A stretch of DNA of 64,000 nucleotides. Source: Vermamoeba vermiformis (taxonomy: Eukaryota). Shown one piece after another: positions 39,382 through 51,628 of the stretch (positions are counted from its first letter, which is position 1; each line of letters begins with the position of its first letter). A model generated the notes under the pieces. The model was not told the DNA's origin, did not search any database, and saw only the letters and a program-made list of their open reading frames with translations. A program made the position numbers and the translations under genes. The stretch spans positions 682,001 to 746,000 of the forward strand of contig JBEWZL010000077.1 in assembly GCA_045837725.1 (NCBI GenBank), in the 5' to 3' direction.

Positions 39382-40681
39382 TTACTTCATCGCTTTTACA
39401 ATTAAAGGCTTCAACTGATTACCTAACAACATCGATTTGTCTACACCGAGAACGTGAAAGGTGCCTAACACAGCCCAATACTCGTTCACGCGATCAACCC
39501 ACGGGTAGTAACCCCATGCACCGCCACTGCTGAATTGACCGTAATTATCGCAAGTAGACTAAACCGATCGTAAGTACTATAATAAGGACAAGACTAATAT
39601 GGTACTTACAGTCCAGTTGTATTGATTGCATTCGACCCACACGCCGTACCCGTAGTGCCAATCTTGACCAATCAGCTGCTGAAATACGCGCGTTAAAATT
39701 TCTAAGTTGCCCACGTGATCACGCTCCATCATTTGCGTTGTCTTTTTGTTGACAATTTGGTAGTTGAAAATTGCTTGAACAATCTTGGCAACTTGCTCGG
39801 GTGACGCCACCAGGCCTAGCACATGGTTAATGAGCATAAATGTAATAAATATTAGTTTAGTATTGTACCTCCGCCCAAAATTGGATTTTCTTTGGAAGGC
39901 CACCATCCAACTGTTCCCAAGTTCAAAGGCTTCGTGATAATTTTATCGAACAAATCAACCCATCGATCAATTTGGGCCGCTTTTATGGCCATCAAACCTG
40001 CGATGTGCAGGTGACTTGAGCCGTATTCGAACGCGATGCCTGGAGTCCGTGCCAGTCCTGCAGTGTACATATCCTTCGCACATGCCTCGCTAGCAAAGAA
40101 TAACATGTTATCGAACGTACGGAAGACTATAATAGTGTACGTAATACTTACAAAGTGACGTTGTCAGAGAGCACGCACATGTTTTCTCCAATGAGACCAG
40201 AACTGAAAGACAACAGCTGCGCTAACGTGATCCAACTTCGTTCATCTTTCGGATCGCTAGTCCACCATTCAATGTACTTTTGAGGGTGGTCGTCATATGA
40301 TATCAAGCCCTGAAAGTGTCAAATTAAAAAACAAATATTGAAAAGTTGGTTGGTCGAACTTACCTGCTCGACTAATTTATTTATAACTAAACTCGTGGTC
40401 CACTTCGTTGTAGACGCTATTTTTTCTGAGTAGCTCGCGTTGAAATTGCCTAATAAACGAAAATTAAATATTTTTTATTGTTTGCTGCTGTTACCTTTCG
40501 AGTAAGTATATAAAACTCCTTCATGGTCTCCAATAATTACGGTCAGGTTCGGAATTAAGGTATAATTATCAATGGCTTGTTTTACAGGCAGCCAAGGATC
40601 GGCATCTGATTTTTTGGCTTCGCTGTAATAATAGCCCAGTGCAAGGGCCATAACAACGATCAATAGTGTTACAGAACGCAT
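39382..40681 (-). CDS. Secreted beta-lactamase-fold (AmpC/serine hydrolase family) protein
   Basis: Signal peptide MRSVTLLIVVMALALG; SxxK in IASTTKWTT; ITLAQLLSFSSGL; PGIAFEYGSSH; YGYGVW; SSGGAWGYYPWVD. Confidence 0.8.
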
Positions 40682-41012
40682 AGGAAAAGTTTGACTCCCT
40701 TTAGTTTGTGTTTGTTTCATTAGATTTAATGTTAACTAAATTCCTCCTGTCCTGTCAACTCGATACAGATTGGTTCACACAAGGGGGTAGATGAACGGAA
40801 ATTTCAACAAATTGTGAATGAAAGCGTTCAACGGGATGCACTTGCTGTGCTGAATCAGTTCCAGCACAATAAACGCCGGTGGAATGTCCGATCCAGTGGC
40901 TCCCCTAGCAATGCACCATAAAACGTAAAAAGTAACATACCCACGCAAAAAACGAAAGAGTCCAAGGCACGAGTAACGCATGAACCAGACACGGCTACCA
41001 AAAAAAAAAATC

Positions 41013-41230
41013 AAAAAAGAAATTGCGCCCGACGGGACTTGAACCCGCAGCCTCCTGGTTCGTAGCCAGACACTCTACCACTTGAGCCACGAGCGCTTCT
41101 TGATTTTACCCGATAAGACTTTCTGGACCCCATTCGCTAAAGCCACAAAAAGGTCTCGTTTGTGCTGGCCAAGTCTTATTTATTCTTCTTGTCAACCTTC
41201 AGGGTCTCAGGACGCTTGCCGCGAATGATC
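41013..41230 (-). repeat. ~215-bp duplicate of 36284-36500 (tRNA + spacer + last ~17 codons of FMO)
   Basis: Near-identical spacer (gataagactttctggaccccattcgctaaagccacaaaaaggtctcgtt) and a fragment encoding IIRGKRPETLKVDKKNK*. Confidence 0.9.
41024..41096 (-). tRNA. trnR-ACG: tRNA-Arg (anticodon ACG), copy 2, identical to copy 1
   Basis: Same 73-nt sequence as 36295-36367, followed by T-runs. Confidence 0.97.
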
Positions 41231-41304
41231 ACTATCGGCGATTGTAACTCCGATTGAAGACGGTGACAGCTAAGAAGGACTAAGGAATACGTGAATAAGC
41301 TTGT

Positions 41305-42610
41305 TTACTTTCGGTCAACCAAACCAAGTTGGATCAAGCTATCAACAGTATCTTTGAGAGTTTGTTCGAACGGAATAAATCTTTCGTGGCCCAGTGACTT
41401 GAGTACTGATGTATCGACTGCCCATTCACCTCCTTCAGCTAGATCTGAAGCGTCGACTACAGGGTACTGCGGGAACTGTGCTTTAATAGTCTCTGCAATT
41501 AACTTCCACTGACGAACTGATCCGCACGCAAATATTCTAAGTACTACGATTAGCTTTGATGTCATGGAAAGCAGATTCGAATTAACGGATCCTTACCTCT
41601 TGCCAACGGCATCAGGGTGTTCGGCAGCAATAACAAATGCAGCAGCCACATCTCGTACATCAACAACGCCAACTCTACCAGGAATCAACTTCGATTTGTC
41701 GCCCTCAATAAAGCTCTTGATACGAGCGATGCTTGAATTCAAGTGTTTTGCTTGAGCGGGACCAAGCACGAAGAACGGATTGACCACGACGAGGTCTATT
41801 TTGTCTTTCTTTTCTTCGTATAATTTCCACGCAGCTTGTTCGGATAACTTCTTTGAATAAAAGTACGGATTCACCGTCAAGCTGGCCGTCTCGTTCCAAT
41901 CCTATTATTGTCTAATTAGCCACATTTTATGATAGTGGATGTCGTGGTGTATTTAAATAGTACTTCTACTTACTTTGACTGTTACGAAGGTGCCAGCGGT
42001 AACCAATCCGGCAGTGCCATTGGAAGAGAGCGGCTGACTGAGTGCAGCACCACCAGACGAGCATATTACTACTCTCTTCACTCCATTAGCAACAGAGGCG
42101 TTAATAGCATCGACTGTGCCCTTAATAGCGGGATCCACAATATCTCTTTGCGGATCGGGTGCGGTGTAAATGAATGGTGTGGCAGTGTGGATCAAAATAT
42201 GAGCTCCTAAGCAAGTAAAGCTATTATTATATGCTCGTATGTCATTATTAGCGTTTTATTTACCTTTTAAGGCGTCTCCGTAAGCACCATCTTCTATCTT
42301 TCCAGATCTGAACGTGAGTTGGCCTTCTTTTTGAGGGAAACTTTTTAAATGAGCGATCTTCTCTTCGTTTGAAAGTTCTCTAACTATGGCACGAACTTGA
42401 TATCCTTTTTGAAGCAGCTGTTCAATAATATGACCAGCGATATAACCAGATCCTCCTGAAAATAATTACGTTAATTATTTATAATTTGAATAGCGCTGTA
42501 TTCAAGCCTACCGGTAACGGCGACAATTGTTTCTGAGGGATTCAAGGCTAAATAAAATTATTAAGGCCTTGTGAAAGAAAATTCAAAATCAAATCTGTCT
42601 TACCAGACAT
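41305..42610 (-). CDS. NAD(P)-dependent epimerase/dehydratase, DFR/CCR/Gre2-like aldehyde reductase
   Basis: AVTGGSGYIAGH, LIHTATPF, IVDPAIKGT, KRVVICSS, YFYSK (YxxxK), VVNPFFVLGP, VDVRDVA. Confidence 0.9.
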
Positions 42611-43181
42611 TGTAATTTGGATTCGAGCAAGTTCTTGGGATTTGTTGTATTGTATTTGTTGTTATTGATCATTTTGGCTGTTTACGTCGGTTTTTATGTG
42701 GTAGCGGGAGTCCTCGGCGAAATAGGAAAAATCAACAGCTCGGAACGCAAAGCCGAACGGCAGAAGATTCCATAAAAGAGAAAAAACCTTCCGGCCATTA
42801 CTATTTCGCCGAGGGTACTTAAACAAGCACCAAGGATTAATTTCACCGATAACAAGGCTAAATCCAACACATCTGGCCTTGTCTTGAAGACATTCATCTA
42901 ATTTTGTTGCATTTCGCGCATGATAGAGCCGTATAGTTCCCTCTAATCGTCGACTTTGGTCAGTAACTGAAAATTGTTACGAGCCGCTTCTGGTACTTTC
43001 GATCGCTTCTTCGTGAAGGTGAACACAATCTTAAAAAGGAAAAACTCTCCTTCGTGAAGAAGATTTTAAGCATAGAACGTTGAACAATCGTTGGAAAAAT
43101 CTTCGGGACTCAACGATCCATAAATATTTGTTTTGTCTTAATCTTTTACCTTCATCACTATTCAAGCAACACTGCTTAACA

Positions 43182-44160
43182 ATGAACGACTCTGTCAGTG
43201 GCTTCGTGGGAGAATTCTTTGGTTCCTTTCTATTAACGTTTGTAATCGGTATCAATGCTGCCGTGAATGGAAACAACGATCCAGCAATCCCGATCGGCTT
43301 TTTCTTGTCTGCTTTAGTGTTTTCAGGAGGTAAAATTGATTTAAAATATTTAAAAGTCCTAAACCGTTTATTAGCCGATTTATACCTAATTTTATCAAAT
43401 TAAAAATTAAAATTAAGGCAGTTACGCAAATAGATCCGCCCAACTAATTTCAATATCATTAATTTAATTTTTATTAGGCTATATATCCGGTGCCCACTTC
43501 AATCCGGCAGTAAGTTTGGCAATGTGGCTCAGAAAGAAATTGGATTTCAAGATCTTGGTTCTCTACACTTTATTCCAAGTCATCGGCGGTATTTGCGCTG
43601 CTTTTGTAAGTAATATTTAAGACTGCCCAATTAAGCGTAAAATAATGAACTCAACATTCGATCTAGGTTTTGTACCTCATGTTCGATATCACTTGGGCTT
43701 TCCCTGGTCCTAAAGTACCTGCTTTGTTTACCCCTGCTAGAGCTTTAATATGCGAGGCTATTTTTACCCTCGTTCTCGCTCACAGCGCACTTCACACTGG
43801 TACCAAGCAAGGTAAATCCAACCTAAATCCGCCTTAAAAAAATAGATACGGTACTAATAATACTTTAATCCAGATAACAATCAATTCTTCGGTTTGGCCA
43901 TCGGTTTTTCATTGCTAGCTGCTATTTTCACTATCGGTCCTGTTTCTGGTGCAGGTCTGAATCCGGCTGTCTGCAGTGGCTACGCCATCGCTCAAGCTAT
44001 CCTTGGAGCTCCTGCTGGCTTCGATCATAATGCAAAATACGTCTGGATTTATATCTTAGGTCCTTATTTGGGCGCGTTCCTTGCTGTCGTGAATTACTAC
44101 TTGCTGCACCGATCTGAGTTCCGACGCCAAAAGTACGACGAACTCTCCTCCGTCCAGTAA
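43182..44160 (+). CDS. Aquaporin / MIP family channel
   Basis: GEFFGSF, ISGAHFNPAVS, CEAIFT, SGAGLNPAVC, WIYILGPYLGA. Confidence 0.92.
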
Positions 44161-44307
44161 ACCACCGAAGCTAATATTACTATGTATTATTTAACTATAA
44201 AATTCAATTTTGTGTGTAACCACGTTCGAGGAATAAGCTGCTATTTTTAGCGGATCAAAATTTTTATAATACGACTATACAATTAATAAATAATATTACA
44301 TGGGTGT

Positions 44308-47300
44308 TTAATTAGCCTTCTCGGGCACACCAGGGTCCATTTCAGGCTCAGCAACTAATCCCTTCTTTTTCTTCTTTGGTCGCAGCGATTTGAAAAATTT
44401 GTGGATCTTTTGCTGGTTCTTCTTATGATCAACTTTCTTGACTTTAGGTCTTGTTGGCTTTTTCTTATCTCGCGGTTTCTTGCCCTCGACAGCAGCAGTC
44501 GCAGGAGGTACTTCAAGGTTTGTTGACGCAGCTGGTTGGGCATCCACATCTACATCTACATCCGCTTGTACTGCGGGACTTTCATGTTTATCGGCCTCAC
44601 TTGAAGACGAAGAACTAGAGCTTGACCTACTCTTCTCGTCTTCTGCAGGTTTCTGCTCTTCAGTTACTACTTGAGCCTCGACTTTGACTTCAACATCGGT
44701 CTTGGCAGCAAGATCCGCGTCAATTTTTCCTGGTTGTTCAGTCTCAGTGTTCGGCTGTGTGTCTGCTGTGAAAGAGATGTTGGGGTCTGAAACAGGTCTA
44801 GGGCTATTGATATTGAATGGGTCGTTGTCATAAGTTGCTGTTGAGGTCTTAACAGGTGTTGTCGGCAAACTCTTTCTGTGCTCAATGCTGACATTCGCTT
44901 CAACTTTGACGTTATTTTCATCGACCTCGTCAATCTTTTCGACTAATAAGGTCGGTTTGCTACCGTCCTTGAGACCTCCTTCATCCTCAGACTTCGCACT
45001 TGACTTGCTGCCTCTTCGTTTCTTTGGCTTAGGTGGCTCTTCCTTCACGTTCACCGTGCTGTTCATCGGCTTCATGCACTGTCCTGCGCTCAATTTTCTC
45101 TTGGGTTTTGAAGACTTGACAGGCTCAACACCAGCGGCCGTAACTTCCGTCAAATCGTTGGTGTCTGTCGGTTGTGTTTTTGATGTCGCGTCCATGCTTT
45201 GTGACTCGTTCAGACCCGCACCAACACCGCTCACTTCTGATTTGCTAGCATTAAGGTTACTTCCCGTTGTGCTCGAGAACTCCATTCTGTTGCTCTTATT
45301 GTTGTACAAGGTCGTTGAAAGTGTCAGCCTCGAGTCCAGTTTTCGTTTGTGAAGGCGTTCTCGTCTCTTCTTGTCAACTTCTTTCAAAATTTTCGGTGCG
45401 TACATCTTGGCCAAGTCGCGCAACAAATGAAGTCTCATGCGTTGCAAAGGTCCTTCGAAGCCCATTGACCGATACGCCGATCTCTCACAGTTGATGACTA
45501 CAGCAATAATCAATACCGTGCCTTTTCGTTAAAATTGAAAGACTTACTCTTTGTGAGAAGTAACCGACGGAACTCGGGTGTTTTTTCAAAAATGGAACCA
45601 CCAGTAATTGTTGGTGATGTTTGTCCGACACCTTTTTTGCTAGCAACTGTGACGCGGTACAGCTTGCGGTACTTGTCGGGTACTTTAGAGATGATAATAT
45701 AGACGTGATTGAACTGAGACACGATAGAGTCCAACGACACTGACCCATTGCCATCGAGGAAAAATAGCACCACGATATCATTACCAATATGAATTTTCTT
45801 GCTTTGGATCTGCAACGAATGTCAGCACGTGATGTAAATATCATATATGATTAGGATCTTACTCGCTCGGGATCGTCAGAACCGCCTGTACTAGGCAACA
45901 TCGTTGACACGTGGAACATAATTTCAGAGCCGCTGTACTCCGTGTAAACCGATTTCAAACCAGTTGTGTTTTCTGGGAATAATTAATAACAGTTTGAAGG
46001 GCCATGTTAAACTTACTCTTAGTATCGAGACCACCAGCGTATCTGTCCCAGTCTTTCAGATCAATAGTCTCGCCTAAAAAGTTCAAAAATTCGTCAAACT
46101 CGGGACTGCCAGTATCATTCGACAACATTTCTGCTTCTTCAGTTTGACCGTCTTGACAGTACACAATGCCCATCTTGAATGCGTGAACAACGAGTTTTTG
46201 TTCCAGATCCAAAAAGTCACGTGAGAAGTTCTCGTCGTGGATCAATCTGACTTTAGCCTTGCCAAGCCACGGCAACTCTTTGTTCTTTTTCAATATTCGC
46301 TTTAATCCTGCCTCTGTTGCGACATTTGCACTTGCTGCCAGATGAATACGGAAGTCGCCCTAGGGTCAAGTTTTAGCACCAAAGTGCCCCCATTAACGAA
46401 CAATAAGGATTTTTGTACTTACGTCTTTCGTACGGACTAGTGTTCTGTAGCCTCGTTCAGTGGCCTTTGCAATAATTGAAATGAATACAGGACCCTTATC
46501 GATATGTGAACCGACGTAGTTCAAGTGTTCTGTTACAAACAGCAAAAAATAAATTAGTCTAACGAACAACATGCTATTTAAAAGTAATATCGAGCACGTA
46601 CCTTTGTCGCAGAAATATTTCTTGTAGTCTTCGTAATTATCGGCCTCGAGGACTTCAAGATTCTGCGGGGCAAAAGTATCAAAGAAATTCAACTCTTCGC
46701 CCATTTCAATGGTAAAGTTCTCGGGTTTAGCTTTGACCATCAAATGTTTTGGATCTCCTTTAGGCATCCACCTGATCTCTCCTTCAAACTGCGGAATTGC
46801 ATTCTTATCAGCATCAGGGAGCTCTACTGCACTCTCATGCTCTGACGCTGAGAACGATAAATCATCGTCCGGGTCTATATTAGAAATGTACTATTAGCAT
46901 CAACTACAATAATTTTAAAGTTTGTACGTACGAGCTGCACGTGGCTTGGGAGGACTAGGAGGTGTTGCGTTTCGGTCGTCTGAACTGCTGTCACTAGAAC
47001 TGTCGCCGGCACGTGACTGTGACGTGTTCAACGCACTGTTGTTGCTCGCGCGTGAATCAGCCTTGGGTCTCGTGTTAATTGTTACTGAAGTGCGCAAGCC
47101 CTTTCTCTCTCCTAATACACGATTCTATTAGTCTCAAATATGATGCTAATGATCGATAATAGACCGCACCGTCGGTGATGGTGTTAGCACCCACGTGCTT
47201 GTCGCCCATGAACTGTGGCGGTAATGTAGGACGTGTAGGTCTAAACACGCCAGACTTGGGAGTCGTGACCATAGAATTGCTGCGCGAGTGACCAATGTGA

Positions 47301-48924
47301 TCGCTGCTCTTTGAACTCGCCATACCCTCTTCGCCCTGGTCAAATTTCTCGACTAATTGAGCCATGGCTTTTGACAGTGACTTTGTGCCACTACGAACTG
47401 AGCCTAAAATGGATATCAGCACGTGCTTATTAAGATTAAATAGTTGCCATTAGTAGCTATATGGTACGTACCATTTGCATCAAACCGGGGTGATGGAATA
47501 GGTGAGTTTGAATCTTCCATGCCGATAGTACGTGACCGTGAACGGACTTGACCCGTGGCCTTTGAAAATGATTTGCTGACTACCATAGGCGTGACTATCA
47601 TTGACGTGCGTTGACGAGGACTTTTCAAAAGGAGCTCTGAGTTCTGGCGGAAAAAATCCGTTGGCGTAAAATCTACCAAATGACGGCTGTTAGAATAGTG
47701 TTCAAAATACTAGTTGAATTGGAATTTTTTCGTGTTCATGAAGGAAAATTTAATGAATATATTTCCAAATAAAGTAAATTTCATTGTGTGAGCTCGTTCA
47801 AAAATGTCAATTTTATACCTTTGTTCTCGTCTTTAGCCTTCAAATAAGCCATAATGACAGGTGTGCTCTTATTTGTAATATTATCTGGCGGCTCGGCCAA
47901 GTTTGTGTTGCCAGTAATTTGTAACGCATCCAGGTTGTATAATCGATACAATTTCAAGGTCACCTCTCGCAAGTCATTATTTGACAAGTTCAAAATCTGT
48001 AATAGTTAAAATATTAGTATATTATTCTATTGTTATTCGTGGCACGAGGCATGTAATATGGAGCAAAGCACAAAACGCCGAAGAAATGTGATCTACAAGC
48101 AATTTCCGCTTATAAATTTTTGGTGAAATTGCTCGCAAGAATATTTTTGTCATATTATTGTAATTAATTACCTTGAGATTTTGCAACGAACAAATGGATT
48201 CCGAAATTTTTTGGATGTCGTTATTTTGAAGGTAGAGTTCCTCGAGCTTTGATAGCTTCTCAATTTCATTGGGGAGTGAGACAATATTATTGCTGCTCAA
48301 GTCAAGCACTAAATACGAAATGGCTTAGTATCGTCAACGTAACGGCAAAATCCACAATTTGTACCATTTTAAATTAAATTTGAATTATTTACCAGAATAA
48401 TAAATGGCACTTAATATTTCATAATTTCAAGGGGAAAATGTAGGGAATAACTTATTGGCGATTTTCGATAAATTTTATTTGACGTTAAAATCTCACTTAC
48501 CAATCAAGCTAGTCAATTGACATATCTCTGCAGGGAATTTAGATAGCTGATTGTGATCGACGTAAAGATATTTAATTGCTTGGAAATTATTGATTGCCGC
48601 TGGAATTGTTCGTAATTTGTTATAGCCGAGATTCAGCAGATGAAGCCCGACAAATCGCTGGAAAAACCATTCTGGTAATGCCTCTAATCTATTCTGTCTT
48701 AGTGTGAGTTTCTGTAAATTTTCTAGGTGCTTCAACTCCTCTGGTAAAGTCGTAATTGTGTTATCGGCCAAATCCAGCTCGGTAAGGAGCCCTAATTGTT
48801 CGGCACTCGATGATAATAATCTACTAAAATCCCCTTTAAATTGGAAAACAAGGGTACTGCTTTTGGGTTTTCCAAATTCAATTATGTCCCCAGATCGGGC
48901 CAGTCCACTTCTGGAGTTTTTCAT
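44308..48924 (-). CDS. LRR + Rap/Ran-GAP domain protein with low-complexity linker and tail
   Basis: N-terminal LxxLxLxxN repeats; FKMGIVY, SPEFDEFLNFLG, YAGGLD, IMFHVSTMLP, KKIHIGNDIV. Confidence 0.88.
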
Positions 48925-49109
48925 TTTGAAATAAATAAACTATGGTACTATGCTAGTATACATTTGGTCAATATTAAATGGCATAATTTACGTTGTTCGG
49001 CCATTAGCCAAAAATAAACTTTGTATCTCCAATTCGAGATTAAATTCCGCTTCGTTTGGATCGGCGAAACGATACCTTTTTAAGCTATTTGGAACACACT
49101 CTAGATTTA

Positions 49110-51628
49110 TTACAAAACTAGTAAAGAAAGAGCACCCAGGACCGAAAGGACTACAAGGTTGTTTGCCGCTGAAGTAACGGATGGCGAAGGATCGTTTGGG
49201 CTAGGAACCGATGGCTCTGTCATCTGTAGCGCATCACCATCGAATACTACGCCGACATTGCCTATTGAGAATGTCCAGTTCTCACCAGACTGCTCCACTT
49301 CAGGCACATGACCAGTGCAATCCGGATCCACAAGCACGATAAAAGAAACGGATGTGACGTTCGTTTTGAGCCGGAACTGGCCGTGCCATTGGTTGGGCAT
49401 GTTTACTTGAGCATTTGGAGGGAACTGGTCCGTCTGGGAGAAGCTGAACGGAGCTGAGACGTGGAGCATTGTGAGGCACGCAGTAGTGTCGTTCCGATTG
49501 GCTTTCACGGTCGAATCCGAAACCACTGTAAAGGTATTGTACGCATGGATATTCCATTCAAACATACGAGGCGAGACCGCATCAAACTTGTCGAAGATCA
49601 AGAACTGATTGACTCCACGCAAGTACACGAGCGATCGTTTAGCACGGGTCAATCGCAATGCAGAGTCAGTCGCAAGACCTGCATTGTAAGCTGCAATTGC
49701 ATCGCCTGTGACGAAATCAAATGCATCGGAAGTGCCGTACTGAGTGATAGTGCCGAATGCGTCCATCGTATCGAACTTTTGACCGATTCCACCGTCCATG
49801 GTAATAGCGCCGGATTGAGCACGTGTCGTCTTGCGCCAGTTCTTGTGATGCGGGGAATGATAGCTGTCGTAGTAGCCACTGCTGATGAACATGGCCTGCT
49901 GTTTGTGGAACAATGTGAAGCACAACTGTTCGGCACTGTTGTGATTCCAACTGCCGTATTTGCCAGAACGGAAAAACAATGCAGTTCTGTTGTTATCCGT
50001 CATTGAGCTATGGAATGCTGCCCAGCCAATAGTCTTCAAGTGAATGGACTTGGGATAAGTCTTCGTCAACGTAGTCACGTTCTTGAACTCGCTGGACCAG
50101 ATCGTGTCGGAGTAGCGGTAATCAACGTACTTGGGAAAATCAAACTGAGAGCAGTAGTAGTTGAATAGCTCTGCTTCATAATCATCGGGATAGTGATCGA
50201 GGACTCGAGATACCATGTTGACACAAGCAGTAGCTACAACATACGTCATGTCAGAGTCGCTACCATCGCCAAAGCCAACTCCACCAGTGCTGGATCCGTG
50301 AGGTGCAAAATAAACGAACTGAAGAGGCCACTCACGCACGAACTGCTTGTTAACGACATTGATGCCCGTAGACCACTTCAAGAAGTCCCAACGTTGGGTG
50401 GTTGACACAGCGTCCCAAAGGGCGTACCCGAGACCATTACCAAATCCACCGTCTTCAGCACTCCAAGCGCTGTAAAGATTGAAGTAGAGATGCACGGTGC
50501 TAGTAGCCCAGGTATCAGCGATGGGAGTCTCTCCAAGGCACGCTATTGCCATCACGGCCATGTAGCCCAGTGTGTTGGCACCGTGCGAGTTGTGCGGGGC
50601 AATCAAAAGGTCGTCAAATCCGGCAGCCTCATCGTAGATCTGCTGGGCTCGGTTGATGACATTAGCCATGATCGTTGTTCTTTCAGCGGATGTGAAGCTG
50701 TTGTAGATACAGTCGACAGATTGGGCCTGTGCAAGCATGGCCAAACGGTTCGCCAGATCATTGACCGTTTGATTCGTAACGCCGTTCGGATTGACTTCAG
50801 CCAAGTAAAGCGTTCTTCTCTTGAGCTCGTTGATGTAGACAGTGTTGGAAGAATTGTACCAGATAGCGTAGATGAAGTTTGAGATGTCGAAGGCCATCGG
50901 CTGAACGAACTTGTACATAACGTCGTTTATGAAGTTCTGAAGTTCGATGGAGCCAGGCGGGAAGTCCTCAACTGTCTTGTTCGGAGCAGTGGGCAGAGCA
51001 GCACCGACTCGTCGGTCAAGATAAAAGAGGGTTCCCTTGAGACGTTTCTTGAACGCATCGCCAGTCGGTGAAGCCAAGAACGCCTCTCGTTCAGCACCTT
51101 TCATTAGCAGTCTAGGACGAATAGACACCTTAGCCTTGGCGACTACGTCTGGAGGAATGACGTAGTCGGTGGCATCCGCGGAAAGGTAGAAAGATCTAAC
51201 CGCGCTTTGGATTGTCGAACCAGATGTTGTATTTACTCGTGTAACGTGCCATAAGTACTTCGTGGACTTCGTCAATGTGAACGGTATGTTCAAGTAATTA
51301 AACCGAGTTGAGAAAGTGTAGGTCGGAGATACTCCGTCGGTTGCATCCACGTTCGCCCAAAGAGATACTGTGAAGTTAATGCCAGGACCGTAACTGTGAT
51401 ATCCAGACCACCAGAACGAAGGAGGATTGTGACGCACGGTCGAGCCATGAGTCGGAACGATCCGCTTGAAGGAGGGCGGCACCGAAGAGATCCAGTCGTC
51501 AGGATCAGCTAAAGCAACGGATATGCGTTAGTCGAGTCGAAAGTTAAGTTGCTTAACGTACTAGATCTCACGATAGTAGCTAACACCGTTATTACTACGA
51601 GGACAATAAGACTTTTTCTTGCTCGCAT
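49110..51628 (-). CDS. Secreted, probably GPI-anchored polysaccharide lyase-like protein (DUF4962 + heparinase II/III-like)
   Basis: Signal-peptide exon MRARKSLIVLVVITVLATIVRS, then one intron (gtacgt..ctaac..tttag), then a ~2.4-kb exon with NPPSFWW, RPRLL, NSHG, EDGGFGNGLGY, FGDG, GWAAFHS, FRSGKYGSWNH and SGYYDSYHSPHH. P/S linker and hydrophobic tail. Confidence 0.78.

Noticed and set aside
40834..40895. Superficial 5S rRNA resemblance (GGATGC..CCAGCAC..CCGG..GTCCGATC)
   Set aside because: Spacing is wrong and the 3' half of 5S is missing.
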